A stretch of DNA of 64,000 nt from Bacteroidales bacterium (GTDB lineage Bacteria > Bacteroidota > Bacteroidia > Bacteroidales > JAFGUD01). Location: the NCBI GenBank assembly GCA_016938685.1, contig JAFGUD010000262.1, positions 51 to 64,050 on the forward strand, written 5' to 3'. Made by a program: the position numbers and the translations under genes. Below the pieces are notes generated by a model, which ran no database searches, was not told the DNA's origin, and saw only the letters and a list, made by a program, of their open reading frames with translations. Shown one piece after another: positions 39,467 through 49,127 of the stretch (within the stretch, counting starts at the first letter, position 1; each line of letters starts with the position of its first letter).

Positions 39467-41875
39467 ATGAAAATCAAATTGTTAATTGTTTTTGTGTTGC
39501 TTGTTTCTGTTTTAAGGGCACAAAATGTTACCGTTAGTGGTTATATTGCTGATTCTGAATCCGGCGAAAGGTTAATTGGAGCTAATGTTTTTGATGCTAA
39601 TAATACTAAGTACGGAACAGCCAGCAATAGTTATGGATTTTACAGTTTAACTGTACCTGCAGGAAAATATAAGTTAACTGCAACTTATTTTGGTTATGGA
39701 GGCTGGCAAGAGGAATTAAATATTACAAAGGATACTTTGATTAACATTGACATTTCAACAGATGTTAAAATTGAAGAAGTTATAATTCAGGCTCAACACA
39801 ATCAAGTAGAAAGTTCTCAGATGGGACGAATTGACGTTCCAATGGCAACAATTAAGGTGCTTCCGGTAATTTTCGGTGAAGTTGATGTGCTTAAAGCTTT
39901 ACAACTCTTACCTGGTGTTCAGGGCGGAACAGAAGGTACAAGTGGTTTGTATATTAGAGGAGGTAGTTCTGATCAGAATTTAATCTTGCTAGATGGTGTT
40001 CCGGTTTACAACGCAAATCACCTTTTTGGTTTCTTTTCTGTGTTTAACGCTGACGCAATTAGTAATGTTACTCTTTATAAAGGTGGTTTCCCTGCAAGAT
40101 ATGGAGGTAGACTATCTTCTGTGATTGACATTAATCTGAAAGAAGGAAACATGAAAGAATTTCACGGGGTAGTTTCTGTTGGAATTATAGCATCAAAATT
40201 TATGGTTGAAGGTCCCATAAAAAAAGATAAAACTTCGTTTATGGTTGCCGGAAGACGTACTTATATAGACGTTTTAGCAGCACCTTTTATCAAAACATAT
40301 TCTTTGTTTGAAGAGGGCATGAATATGGGTGCAGGATATTATTTTTACGATTATAATGCAAAAATAAATCATATTCTTTCTGATAAAGACAGAATATTCT
40401 TTAGCTTGTATGGAGGAAAAGATAAGGCTTATGCTAATATTAAACAGGAATATGAATCAAATAAATCCGAATCGAACATGAAACTTGGTTGGGGAAATAT
40501 TATTTCTGCTCTTAGATGGAATCACATGTATAATTCAAAATTATTTGGAAATACAACGCTTACATACAGCAGATTTAATTTCTTTACCGATATTTCAATG
40601 GCTGACGAATGGTATGATGAAGATAATACAAAACATGAATCTGAGTACGGAGTTGCTTATGACCAAGGAATTGATGATATATCTCTGAAAGTGGATTTTG
40701 ATTACGCCTTAAATAATAACAATAAAATAAAATTCGGAGCAGAAGGGACTTATCATATTTTTACCCCTGGTATAACAAATTTATTTCTCAAAAACGATTA
40801 TTTTGAGATTGATTCTACTATGAGTTATAATAGGATTTATACCAGAGAATTTGCTCTATACTTTGAAGACGATATTAGAATAGGAAATAAACTTAAGGTA
40901 AATTTAGGAACAAGATTTTCTGCTTTTCATGTTCGAGATACGTTATTTTATTCACCAGAGCCAAGGATTTCTGCACGTTTTATTATCATGGATGGTTGGT
41001 CAGTTAAGGCTTCGTTTGTGATGATGAAACAATATCTTCATTTTCTTACAAGTAATACTCTTGGGATGCCAACAGATATGTGGTATCCGGCAACCGATAA
41101 AATTATTCCCGAAAAATCATATCAATATGCAGTAGGAACATCAATTGCTGTAACTGATAAAGTTTCTTTGGTTATTGAAGGTTTTTACAAAGAAATGACT
41201 AATTTACTTGAATTGAAAGAAGGGAAATCTGCTTTTGGAGATTTTGGTTTTGGTGAGGATAAAGGTGATACATGGGAAGACAAAGTATTACAAGGAAATG
41301 GTTGGTCGTATGGAGCTGAATTTTTGCTTAAAAAAGATGTAGGAAAACTTACTGGTTGGATTGGTTATACTTATGCAAAAGCTGACAGATTATTTGCAGG
41401 AGATGGTAATACAACCGGAGCAGAACAAATTTCAAACGGAGAGGTATTTCCTTTTGCTTACGACAGACGACATAATTTGAGTATTGTTGCTAATTATAAC
41501 TTTAATGATAATTGGGGGTTGTCCCTAACCTGGGTATATGGTTCCGGTAATCCTACAACTATATCTCAATTGCAATATATTCCTATCAATCAGGTTAATC
41601 CTGAATATGGTAGTTATTACGGAAGAATTAATTATTATGGAAGCCGAAATAATTATCGTTTGCCTTCGGTTCATCGTTTAGATGCAGGATTAAATTGGAC
41701 AAAAGAAGTAAGAATTGGAACAAGAACATGGAGCTTGGGTGTTTATAATGCTTATAATCACATAAATCCGTTTTTCTATCAATTAGAAAGTAATTATGAG
41801 ACCGGAGACAAATATTTAAGAGTTTATAGTATTTTCCCAATTATGCCTTCTTTGAGTTATAAAATTGAATTTTAG
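39467..41875 (+). CDS. TonB-dependent receptor
   Basis: Probable start at ATG 39467; GEVDVLKALQLLPGV, IRGGSSDQNLILLDG, KGGFPARYGGRLSS, HRLD, C-terminal F. Confidence 0.93.
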   Translation: MKIKLLIVFVLLVSVLRAQNVTVSGYIADSESGERLIGANVFDANNTKYGTASNSYGFYSLTVPAGKYKLTATYFGYGGWQEELNITKDTLINIDISTDVKIEEVIIQAQHNQVESSQMGRIDVPMATIKVLPVIFGEVDVLKALQLLPGVQGGTEGTSGLYIRGGSSDQNLILLDGVPVYNANHLFGFFSVFNADAISNVTLYKGGFPARYGGRLSSVIDINLKEGNMKEFHGVVSVGIIASKFMVEGPIKKDKTSFMVAGRRTYIDVLAAPFIKTYSLFEEGMNMGAGYYFYDYNAKINHILSDKDRIFFSLYGGKDKAYANIKQEYESNKSESNMKLGWGNIISALRWNHMYNSKLFGNTTLTYSRFNFFTDISMADEWYDEDNTKHESEYGVAYDQGIDDISLKVDFDYALNNNNKIKFGAEGTYHIFTPGITNLFLKNDYFEIDSTMSYNRIYTREFALYFEDDIRIGNKLKVNLGTRFSAFHVRDTLFYSPEPRISARFIIMDGWSVKASFVMMKQYLHFLTSNTLGMPTDMWYPATDKIIPEKSYQYAVGTSIAVTDKVSLVIEGFYKEMTNLLELKEGKSAFGDFGFGEDKGDTWEDKVLQGNGWSYGAEFLLKKDVGKLTGWIGYTYAKADRLFAGDGNTTGAEQISNGEVFPFAYDRRHNLSIVANYNFNDNWGLSLTWVYGSGNPTTISQLQYIPINQVNPEYGSYYGRINYYGSRNNYRLPSVHRLDAGLNWTKEVRIGTRTWSLGVYNAYNHINPFFYQLESNYETGDKYLRVYSIFPIMPSLSYKIEF

Positions 41876-41896
41876 TAAGATATTAAATTTTAAATT

Positions 41897-42856
41897 ATGA
41901 ATAAATACATATTTTCAACAGTAATTTTGTTTCTAATTCTAGTTATAACAAGCTGTTACAGAGATATTACTCTTGATGTTGATGACTCGGAACAAAAAAT
42001 TGTTTTGCAAGGTATCTTTTTTAGCGATAGTCTTATTATGATACATGTTTCCAAATCTGTTAATATTAATTATAATGATAATCAGGAAATGCCTGTTATT
42101 ACTGACGCAAAGGTCTCTTTGTACAAAGATGGCGAATTTGTTGAGGTAATGTTACATAAGTCAAAAGGTTTGTATAAATCAACTGTTTTGGCAGAAGCTG
42201 GTCATAGTTACGAAGTTATTGTAGAAACGAATAATAAAGTTGTAAAAGGAACAGTTGATATGCCTGAAATCGCTCAAATTGATGGTATCAAGTATATCGG
42301 GAAAGATCAAAATCAATGGATGGATGTAATTGAACTTTCTTTTTCTGATCAACTAAATATAGATGATTATTATCTATTTGATGGTTATACTTATTATAAA
42401 AGTTATTATTATAATGATACAGGATGGTACGACAGTGTTGATGTGTACAAGGATGATTGGGTAACTATATATTTGCCGGAAGGAATGACAAATGGAACGA
42501 TTAATTATTTATATTTTTACCCTTATGTTACAGATGGAATAGGTTTTACTGATAACCTTATAGGAAATGGCGAAGTTCATCAGCAACTTAATGTAAGTGC
42601 ATACTCTTGGGATGAATTTTATCCTCAGGATTCATTTACCGTTTACTTCAATTTATTGCATGTTAACGAAGATGTCTACCGATTTTTTGTAAGTAATGAT
42701 AATTATGAAAATAGTTTGTATAATCCTTTTGTTGAACCTGTAAATGTTTATTCTAACATAGAAGGTGGGATTGGAATTTTTGCTGCTTTTTCATTGTCTC
42801 TGGATTCTGTCAAACTGCCAATAACAGATTATTATTGGGAAGATAAGAAACATTAG
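41897..42856 (+). CDS. DUF4249-like lipoprotein, partner of the TonB receptor
   Basis: Lipobox ITSC; C-terminal NPFVEPVNVYSNIEGGIGIFAA. Confidence 0.82.
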   Translation: MNKYIFSTVILFLILVITSCYRDITLDVDDSEQKIVLQGIFFSDSLIMIHVSKSVNINYNDNQEMPVITDAKVSLYKDGEFVEVMLHKSKGLYKSTVLAEAGHSYEVIVETNNKVVKGTVDMPEIAQIDGIKYIGKDQNQWMDVIELSFSDQLNIDDYYLFDGYTYYKSYYYNDTGWYDSVDVYKDDWVTIYLPEGMTNGTINYLYFYPYVTDGIGFTDNLIGNGEVHQQLNVSAYSWDEFYPQDSFTVYFNLLHVNEDVYRFFVSNDNYENSLYNPFVEPVNVYSNIEGGIGIFAAFSLSLDSVKLPITDYYWEDKKH

Positions 42857-42882
42857 ATTTAGGCTTTTTTGAAAAATAAAAG

Positions 42883-42931
42883 AAAAAATCTAATCAAGAA
42901 GGTTGTTATTCCTTATTGATTAGATTTTTTT
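42883..42931. terminator. Bidirectional terminator between convergent genes
   Basis: AAAAAATCTAATCAA ... TTGATTAGATTTTTT 15-bp arms with an inner AAGG/CCTT pairing. Confidence 0.75.
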
Positions 42932-42969
42932 ATTTAATATCTATTGGGTTGTATTGATTTAGGTGTTTT

Positions 42970-43434
42970 TTAGAAAGCGTTTGCCGTATTTGTGAATAAT
43001 TCTCCTGAAAAGAAAGAAAATAATGTTAAGTAATTTTTCTGATTAACATCTACAATCAGTTTATCTTTATTAAATACGTATAAGTCAGTACAAATATTAC
43101 CGTTTACATCATAAGATGAATATTCATAGAGTATTAAACCGCATCTGTAAGAAATTGCTTTCATAAATACTGTTTCTCCTGTGTATTCGTTGTTTACTAT
43201 TTCCGGTAATCTTGTGTACACTTGGTCGTCTTTTTTATATTCTAAAACGTCTGCTTTTTCGTAAGTTGTTTTTTCTCCGTTTCTAATTCCGTTTAAGAAG
43301 CAAAATACTCCAAAATTTAGATTTTCATAAAAAACTGTGCCTTCTTTTGTTGTTACATACTCATTTGCTGTTTTTTGAGCAAATATTACTGATGTTGAAA
43401 AAACGATTGCTGCGATAATGATTAGTTGTTTCAT
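42970..43434 (-). CDS. Hypothetical secreted protein
   Basis: Signal peptide MKQLIIIAAIVFSTSVIFA-Q; AGGAGG 8 nt upstream of the ATG. Confidence 0.75.
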   Translation of the reverse strand: MKQLIIIAAIVFSTSVIFAQKTANEYVTTKEGTVFYENLNFGVFCFLNGIRNGEKTTYEKADVLEYKKDDQVYTRLPEIVNNEYTGETVFMKAISYRCGLILYEYSSYDVNGNICTDLYVFNKDKLIVDVNQKNYLTLFSFFSGELFTNTANAF

Positions 43435-43576
43435 GGTATAGCCCTCCTAAAATTTAAGTTAAAAAATTGATTATTTTAAACAGTTTAATGACGTTATTTA
43501 AGTGTGCACACAATTTAATAACACTAGTTGATATCATTTTTATAAATATGAATTAAAAATGAATTTCTATACTTAT

Positions 43577-43602
43577 GACGGAGAGATACAATAAAGGTTA
43601 CA
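43577..43602 (-). promoter_or_regulatory. ECF sigma-type promoter TGTAAC-N16-CGTC
   Basis: Minus strand reads TGTAAC ctttattgtatctctc CGTCAT, the canonical AAC/CGT ECF geometry. Confidence 0.6.
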
Positions 43603-43683
43603 AAAAAAATAAAAAAAAGTTGCTTGTATTTGTAAGTTGTTTGTTTTTAAGAGGTTAGTTGCTTGTGGTTTGAGAAAAAATAT

Positions 43684-46629
43684 TTATTCTTCGATCAAAT
43701 TCGAAGTTCTTATTAAATGTTTTTCAGTAATTTTAAAGCCAAAAATTAAAATATCATCGGTTTGTTTGTTTGTTGTTTGCCATTGATTTAATCTTTCTTC
43801 TAAAATTGTTTTCTGTTCTTCTAGCTGGTAATGACTAATTTCTACAAGTAATTCTTTAAATCTTTTTGTTGAAAATTTTTGTCGTTTGGAATTGCCTAGT
43901 TGAGAATGATAACCATCTGTGTAAAAATAAATTGTATCGTTTTTTTCTAATTCAACAAAATGATTCGTAAAAGGAGATTCTATTCTATATATGGCTATTG
44001 GCATATTATTTCCTTTTATTTCAATAAGTTTATTTTTCCGTAAAATTACTAATGGACTGTTTGCGCCTGCAAAATTTAGTGTATTATCTTCCAAATTATA
44101 CGCTATAAAAGTAATATCCATTCCGTCAAGCTGATCATATTTTCCGCCGGTTTGTTGTAAAGTGGATTTTACATTATTTCTTAAGTCTTCAAGCACTTCG
44201 GCAGCGTTATTAATATCTGCTTTTCTAATAATTTCATTCAAAATTGAAATACCCAACATACTCATCATTGCTCCCGGAACCCCATGTCCTGTACAATCTC
44301 CTACTGCAAGTAAAATTTTATTTTTTATTTTTTTTGCAAAATAGAAATCCCCGCTTACAATATCTTTGGGTCTGAATAGTAAAAAATTATCAGGGAAAAG
44401 CTGATTAAGCATTTCATTTGTTGGCATCAAAGCGGTTTGGATTTTTTTAGCGTAATTTATACTCGCTGTAATTTTTTTATTTGCAAGTTTTGTTTCTAGC
44501 TCGCTTTGTTTTAGTTTATCTATGTCTGTAAAAACTCCAACAATTTGTTCAACTTTACCTTTTGCATTTCTAATTCCTTTGACAGATAGTTTTCCCCAAA
44601 TTTTAGTTCCATCTTTTTTAATGTATTGATTTTCAGAAGAAATAATATTTACTTCACCAGCTATAAAACTTCGGAAGTCTAATTGTCTAATATCGTTCTT
44701 GTTTGCCAAAAAACTCAGGTAATGTAATTTTAACATTTCATCTGCTGTAAATCCTAGAATTTCGCACAATGAATTATTTACATAAGTAAAATACCCCCTC
44801 TTATCAAGCATTCCGATTCCTTCATTTGCTGTTTCCAGGATAGCAGAAAGTTCTTGTTCTTTGCTGTTTATTTTTTTGTAAATGTTTGCATTATCAAAAG
44901 CTATTGAAGCAAATAAAGCAATATTTTCAACCGATTTTAAATCGAAATCTGTAAATGCGTCTTTCTCTTTATTTTGAATGGTTAAAACACCTATTTTTTT
45001 CTCTTTTACTTTTAATGGAATGTATATAAGAGACTGATAATATTCGATGTTTGAATAAAAAACAAATTCAGGTAAATATTTGCTGTATTCAGTAGAATAA
45101 TCTGAAATGAAAATATTTTCGCTGTTTTTAAAACAAATAACGGAAAGACTTTTATTTTCAGTTATTAAATCTGAACCTGTTCGTATTACTCCAACAGAGT
45201 CTATACCAATAAATTGCAGATTGTTGTTGTCTGAACTGTATAGACCTATTGCCAAATTATCAATTTGAATAAAACTGTTTATCTTCTGATTTATTACTGT
45301 TAAAATTGATTCTATTTGAAGATTTGCTGTAATATCAAGTCCTATTTCATTAAGTTGAGTAATTGTCTTCAGGTTACTTTCAAGGTTAATATTTTCTTTT
45401 TCTACTTGTAATATATGAGAAACAAGTGCTATTAGTTGAAAAATAATAAAAATTGCAACAGAATATGAACTAATATAAAAAGAAAAATTAATAAGTCCAT
45501 TGGCTATTAAAACATCTAATAATGAAGAGATAAGTACAAAAATAAATCCAACTAAAATATATTTGGCCGAATGATGGTTTTTATAAATGGCTTTAATAAT
45601 GAGAAAAAAAGCATAAAAAATACTTAAAACAAATACAATTTGAAATGGAACAAGCAATTTAGAGGAAAAATAACATGATGTTACTATTATAATTATAAAA
45701 TACAATAAAATAAAAGAAATCAAAAAATAGTCGATTGTTTTTACACTTACTTTAGGATAAAGGAATTTTATGAAATAAAAAAAGGCAAACATTAGTCCTG
45801 TAAGACTTATATATTCAAGTTTTAGAGTTAAGACATAAGGCAAATTTTGAAAGAAATGTTCAAGAATTAAGGTATTCGTTAATGCTGTTCGGAGTAATAT
45901 GAAAAAACTGAAAATAGCAAAAAATAAAGATGCGTAGTCATTTTTACGGAAAATAGATAAAATTAAGCTAAATACTGTAATAAGAAACAAAATTCCTATC
46001 AGAAAAATATCTGAAAAAAGCAAAGTCTCAAAATGTTTGTCTATTTGTTTTTCGTTGCCAATTTGAATTGGGTACCAAAGTCCTCCATCTCTGAAAACAT
46101 AGTTGGAAACATGGAAAATAAGTTCGTTTACATTTGTGTCTAATTGTAAATGAATTATGTTATTTTCTCTTTTTGGGGAAAAATTTTTCGATGTTTCTGT
46201 TGGATTACCACATTTTAAAACTGATTTGTCATTTTGAAATAGTTCAAAAGCTGTTCCTTGATAAGGAATATAAAGCGAAATTTCTTTTAACGAAGTATTA
46301 GTTTTTAATTTTAAGCGATATGTTGCATAACCATAAGCCGGAAGATTTTTACCTTTTATTTTCAAATTGTTCCAAACATCTGGAATAGAAACTATTGTAA
46401 CAAGTTTTGCTTCGGAATTATGAAAATCTGTATATGTGTAAAAATTATTCCAGTAAAATTCAAATTCTCCTGTAATTTCAACAATTCCGTCTTTTTCAAT
46501 ATTCCACGACGACAAATCTAAAACCCCTTTTTTGGCTGTTTTCTCATTTTCATGACTACAAGAAGCAAATACTGTTAGTAGTATAAGTAAAACTATGAAG
46601 TTTATTATTTGCTTACCATTCCAAACCAT
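43684..46629 (-). CDS. 7TM-DISM-like / GAF / PAS / SpoIIE phosphatase
   Basis: Extracellular GEFEFYW...GYATYRL domain, about seven TM helices, GAF (IPLKVKEKKIGVLTIQ), PAS (YVNNSLCEILGF), PP2C (GDCTGHG, TDG, TDD). Confidence 0.88.
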   Translation of the reverse strand: MVWNGKQIINFIVLLILLTVFASCSHENEKTAKKGVLDLSSWNIEKDGIVEITGEFEFYWNNFYTYTDFHNSEAKLVTIVSIPDVWNNLKIKGKNLPAYGYATYRLKLKTNTSLKEISLYIPYQGTAFELFQNDKSVLKCGNPTETSKNFSPKRENNIIHLQLDTNVNELIFHVSNYVFRDGGLWYPIQIGNEKQIDKHFETLLFSDIFLIGILFLITVFSLILSIFRKNDYASLFFAIFSFFILLRTALTNTLILEHFFQNLPYVLTLKLEYISLTGLMFAFFYFIKFLYPKVSVKTIDYFLISFILLYFIIIIVTSCYFSSKLLVPFQIVFVLSIFYAFFLIIKAIYKNHHSAKYILVGFIFVLISSLLDVLIANGLINFSFYISSYSVAIFIIFQLIALVSHILQVEKENINLESNLKTITQLNEIGLDITANLQIESILTVINQKINSFIQIDNLAIGLYSSDNNNLQFIGIDSVGVIRTGSDLITENKSLSVICFKNSENIFISDYSTEYSKYLPEFVFYSNIEYYQSLIYIPLKVKEKKIGVLTIQNKEKDAFTDFDLKSVENIALFASIAFDNANIYKKINSKEQELSAILETANEGIGMLDKRGYFTYVNNSLCEILGFTADEMLKLHYLSFLANKNDIRQLDFRSFIAGEVNIISSENQYIKKDGTKIWGKLSVKGIRNAKGKVEQIVGVFTDIDKLKQSELETKLANKKITASINYAKKIQTALMPTNEMLNQLFPDNFLLFRPKDIVSGDFYFAKKIKNKILLAVGDCTGHGVPGAMMSMLGISILNEIIRKADINNAAEVLEDLRNNVKSTLQQTGGKYDQLDGMDITFIAYNLEDNTLNFAGANSPLVILRKNKLIEIKGNNMPIAIYRIESPFTNHFVELEKNDTIYFYTDGYHSQLGNSKRQKFSTKRFKELLVEISHYQLEEQKTILEERLNQWQTTNKQTDDILIFGFKITEKHLIRTSNLIEE

Positions 46630-46808
46630 CTTTTTACGCTTAGTTAAAGCTTAATTTTAGTTTTAAAACAAATTTTATCTCTTTTCAAAGTTATCAAAAA
46701 ATTGACTAGTGCCAAAGTTAGTTTATTTTGAAAATTTAGGATTCCCGTTTTGTCAGTAGCAAAAATGGTGCAAATCATTAATGATGTGAGCTTAAATGAA
46801 TAAAATTT

Positions 46809-46850
46809 ACTTCCAACTTCCGCCTTCCAACTCCCAACTCCAAGCTATAA
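46809..46850. repeat. Degenerate heptamer tract after the mazG stop
   Basis: ACTTCCA ACTTCCG CCTTCCA ACTCCCA ACTCCAA GCTATAA. Confidence 0.75.
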
Positions 46851-46853
46851 AAC

Positions 46854-47627
46854 TCACTCTAATTCTTTTGCTTTATTCCAAAAAACGTCCATTTCTTCAA
46901 CAGTCATTTTTTTTAAGTCCATACCTTTTTTCATGGTATTGTCTTCAAGGTAACTAAATCTTTTAATGAATTTTCGGTTAGTTCTTTCCAGTGCATCTTC
47001 GGGGTGTACTCCGTGTAATCTGGCGGCATTAATTACAGCAAAAAGTAAATCGCCAAATTCTGCTTCAATTTTATCCTGATCATTTTTAGCAATTTCGTGT
47101 TTGAGTTCTTTTAGCTCTTCGTCAACTTTATCCCAAACTTGTTCTTTTTCGTCCCAATCAAATCCTACACCGCGAACTTTGTCCTGAATTCGATAAGCTT
47201 TTACACAAGCCGGCAAAGTTTTTGGAATTCCTGAAAGAACAGACTTGTTGCCATCTTTTTCGGTAAGTTTTAATTGTTCCCAGTTTTCTTCAACTTCTGT
47301 TGCGTTTTGAACTTCTACCTTGCCAAAAACATGTGGATGTCTGTAAACAAGTTTTTGGTTCAATGAATCTATTACGTCTTTGATAGTAAAGGCGTTAGCT
47401 TCCTGACCAAGTTTAGCGTAAAACACAATATGTAGTAAAATATCGCCAAGTTCTTTTTTTATGGCGTTCATATCTTTTTCGTAAATTGCTTCGGTAAGTT
47501 CGTAAACTTCTTCAGTTGTTAAGTTCCTTAAACTTTCAAAAGTTTGTTTTTTATCCCATGGACATTTAATTCGCAATTCGTCCATAATCTGCAATAATTC
47601 ATCGAATGACTTCAAAGCTTCTTTCAT
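46854..47627 (-). CDS. mazG: Nucleoside triphosphate pyrophosphohydrolase MazG
   Basis: CPWDKKQT, EEVYEL, ELGDILL, RHPHVFG and a second domain EFGDLLF; probable start at ATG 47627. Confidence 0.96.
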   Translation of the reverse strand: MKEALKSFDELLQIMDELRIKCPWDKKQTFESLRNLTTEEVYELTEAIYEKDMNAIKKELGDILLHIVFYAKLGQEANAFTIKDVIDSLNQKLVYRHPHVFGKVEVQNATEVEENWEQLKLTEKDGNKSVLSGIPKTLPACVKAYRIQDKVRGVGFDWDEKEQVWDKVDEELKELKHEIAKNDQDKIEAEFGDLLFAVINAARLHGVHPEDALERTNRKFIKRFSYLEDNTMKKGMDLKKMTVEEMDVFWNKAKELE

Positions 47628-47722
47628 AATTTGTTTTTTTTCGTGGAATGTTCTAATTTTGACATTTAATAGGCATATTTTTTGCAAAGATAATATTACC
47701 TTAAAAATAAAAAATTTCAAAT

Positions 47723-48592
47723 ATGTACAAAAAATATATTTTTGCTATTCTGACTGTAATTGTTGCTATTTTCGGATGTAAAGATGATGCGGAGGATAAT
47801 TCAAATATTTCCAGCCAATTGGATACAAGTGATGTTTTCGAATCAATAAAAAAAGTTTATTATTCGCTTCCGTCTCCTATGGAAATTGCTTCGATTGCAA
47901 AGAAATACTCAGGTGTTTTTAGTGCAGAAGTTATGAATCCAACTTCTAATGTAATAGAATACACCACAACTGATGCACAGGCAATTAATCTGGGTGTTTA
48001 TGCTGCTGATTTGGCTTTTGTAAGTCTGTACGACCAAAAACAATATTCTGCTGCTATTTTTAAATGTTTAATTGATTTAGCCGATGAAATTGATATTCTT
48101 GAAGGAATAAATGACACTTTAGTTCGGAAAGTTGAAGAAAATATTGAAAATCCTAATGAAATCAAAGATATTATTGCAGACGCATTTTTTAAATCTGATG
48201 CTTATCTAAAGGAAAGTGGTCGGGAAAAAATAGCAACTCTTATTATGGCTGGAGCTTGGGTAGAGAGTTTTTATCTTATGTCCGATATGGCTGTTAAGAC
48301 CGATGATACTACACATATTTATCAATTGATTGTTGACCAACGTTTGGTTTTGGATAATGTTATTATGACTTTGAATATTCAAAATATTGATTCGGAAATT
48401 ATCGACCCGTTAAAAGACATTAATGAAAATCTAAATAACTGTGTGACAATAGAAAAGACAGAAGTTTTAGACCCATATACAGATGAAATGAGAACTAAAA
48501 CTATAGTTAAATACAACTATTCTTCAAAGAAAATTGAAGAAATCTACGGAAAAATTAGTATTATTAGAAAAAATTTTATCTCTTTGCACTAG
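47723..48592 (+). CDS. Uncharacterised helical lipoprotein
   Basis: Lipobox IFGC-KDD; LPSPMEI, AINLGVYAADL and GAWVESFY blocks. Confidence 0.8.
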   Translation: MYKKYIFAILTVIVAIFGCKDDAEDNSNISSQLDTSDVFESIKKVYYSLPSPMEIASIAKKYSGVFSAEVMNPTSNVIEYTTTDAQAINLGVYAADLAFVSLYDQKQYSAAIFKCLIDLADEIDILEGINDTLVRKVEENIENPNEIKDIIADAFFKSDAYLKESGREKIATLIMAGAWVESFYLMSDMAVKTDDTTHIYQLIVDQRLVLDNVIMTLNIQNIDSEIIDPLKDINENLNNCVTIEKTEVLDPYTDEMRTKTIVKYNYSSKKIEEIYGKISIIRKNFISLH

Positions 48593-48605
48593 AAGCTGAT
48601 TAACT

Positions 48606-49091
48606 ATGAGAAATAAAGCATTTTTACCCCTCATATTATTTTTATTTTTACCGTTTTTAATAAAAGCGCAATGTAAAGAATACATTAAATCTATTGCAGC
48701 TGATGTTTTAGATCCTTATGTGTTAGACGGTAATTTTTTTGCACCTGTTATTTATGAAGGTGAAGAAATTAGTCTTACCAGAACTTTTTTAGCTGGTCAA
48801 AAATATAAAATTGCTGTTGTGGGAATGGATTTCTTTGAAAAAGAAATTACTATTAAAGATCAAGACGGTTTTATTGTTTTTAAAAACTATAGAATTAAAA
48901 GAAAAGAATCCGATCAGTATTTTACTGATTACGAGGGTTATCAGGTCGATTGTATGTCCTCTACTTATTGGGAATTTCAACTGGAACAAAGTCAGAACCT
49001 GACTATTACTGTAAAATTAGATCAGAAAGCTAAAAGAAAAAAAGATAGACTTAGAGGTTGTTTGGGCATTGTTGTTGGGTTTTATGAATAA
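48606..49091 (+). CDS. Uncharacterised secreted protein
   Basis: Signal peptide ending KA-QC, beta-rich, ends GCLGIVVGFYE; 13 nt after the upstream gene. Confidence 0.78.
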   Translation: MRNKAFLPLILFLFLPFLIKAQCKEYIKSIAADVLDPYVLDGNFFAPVIYEGEEISLTRTFLAGQKYKIAVVGMDFFEKEITIKDQDGFIVFKNYRIKRKESDQYFTDYEGYQVDCMSSTYWEFQLEQSQNLTITVKLDQKAKRKKDRLRGCLGIVVGFYE

Positions 49092-49127
49092 TTTTATAAG
49101 TATAGTTTCTTCCTAAATTAGTGCATT

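Noticed and set aside
46854-47627. MazG as part of a toxin-antitoxin or antiphage system
   Set aside because: It is the ordinary tandem-domain housekeeping form, with no mazEF or defence genes adjacent.
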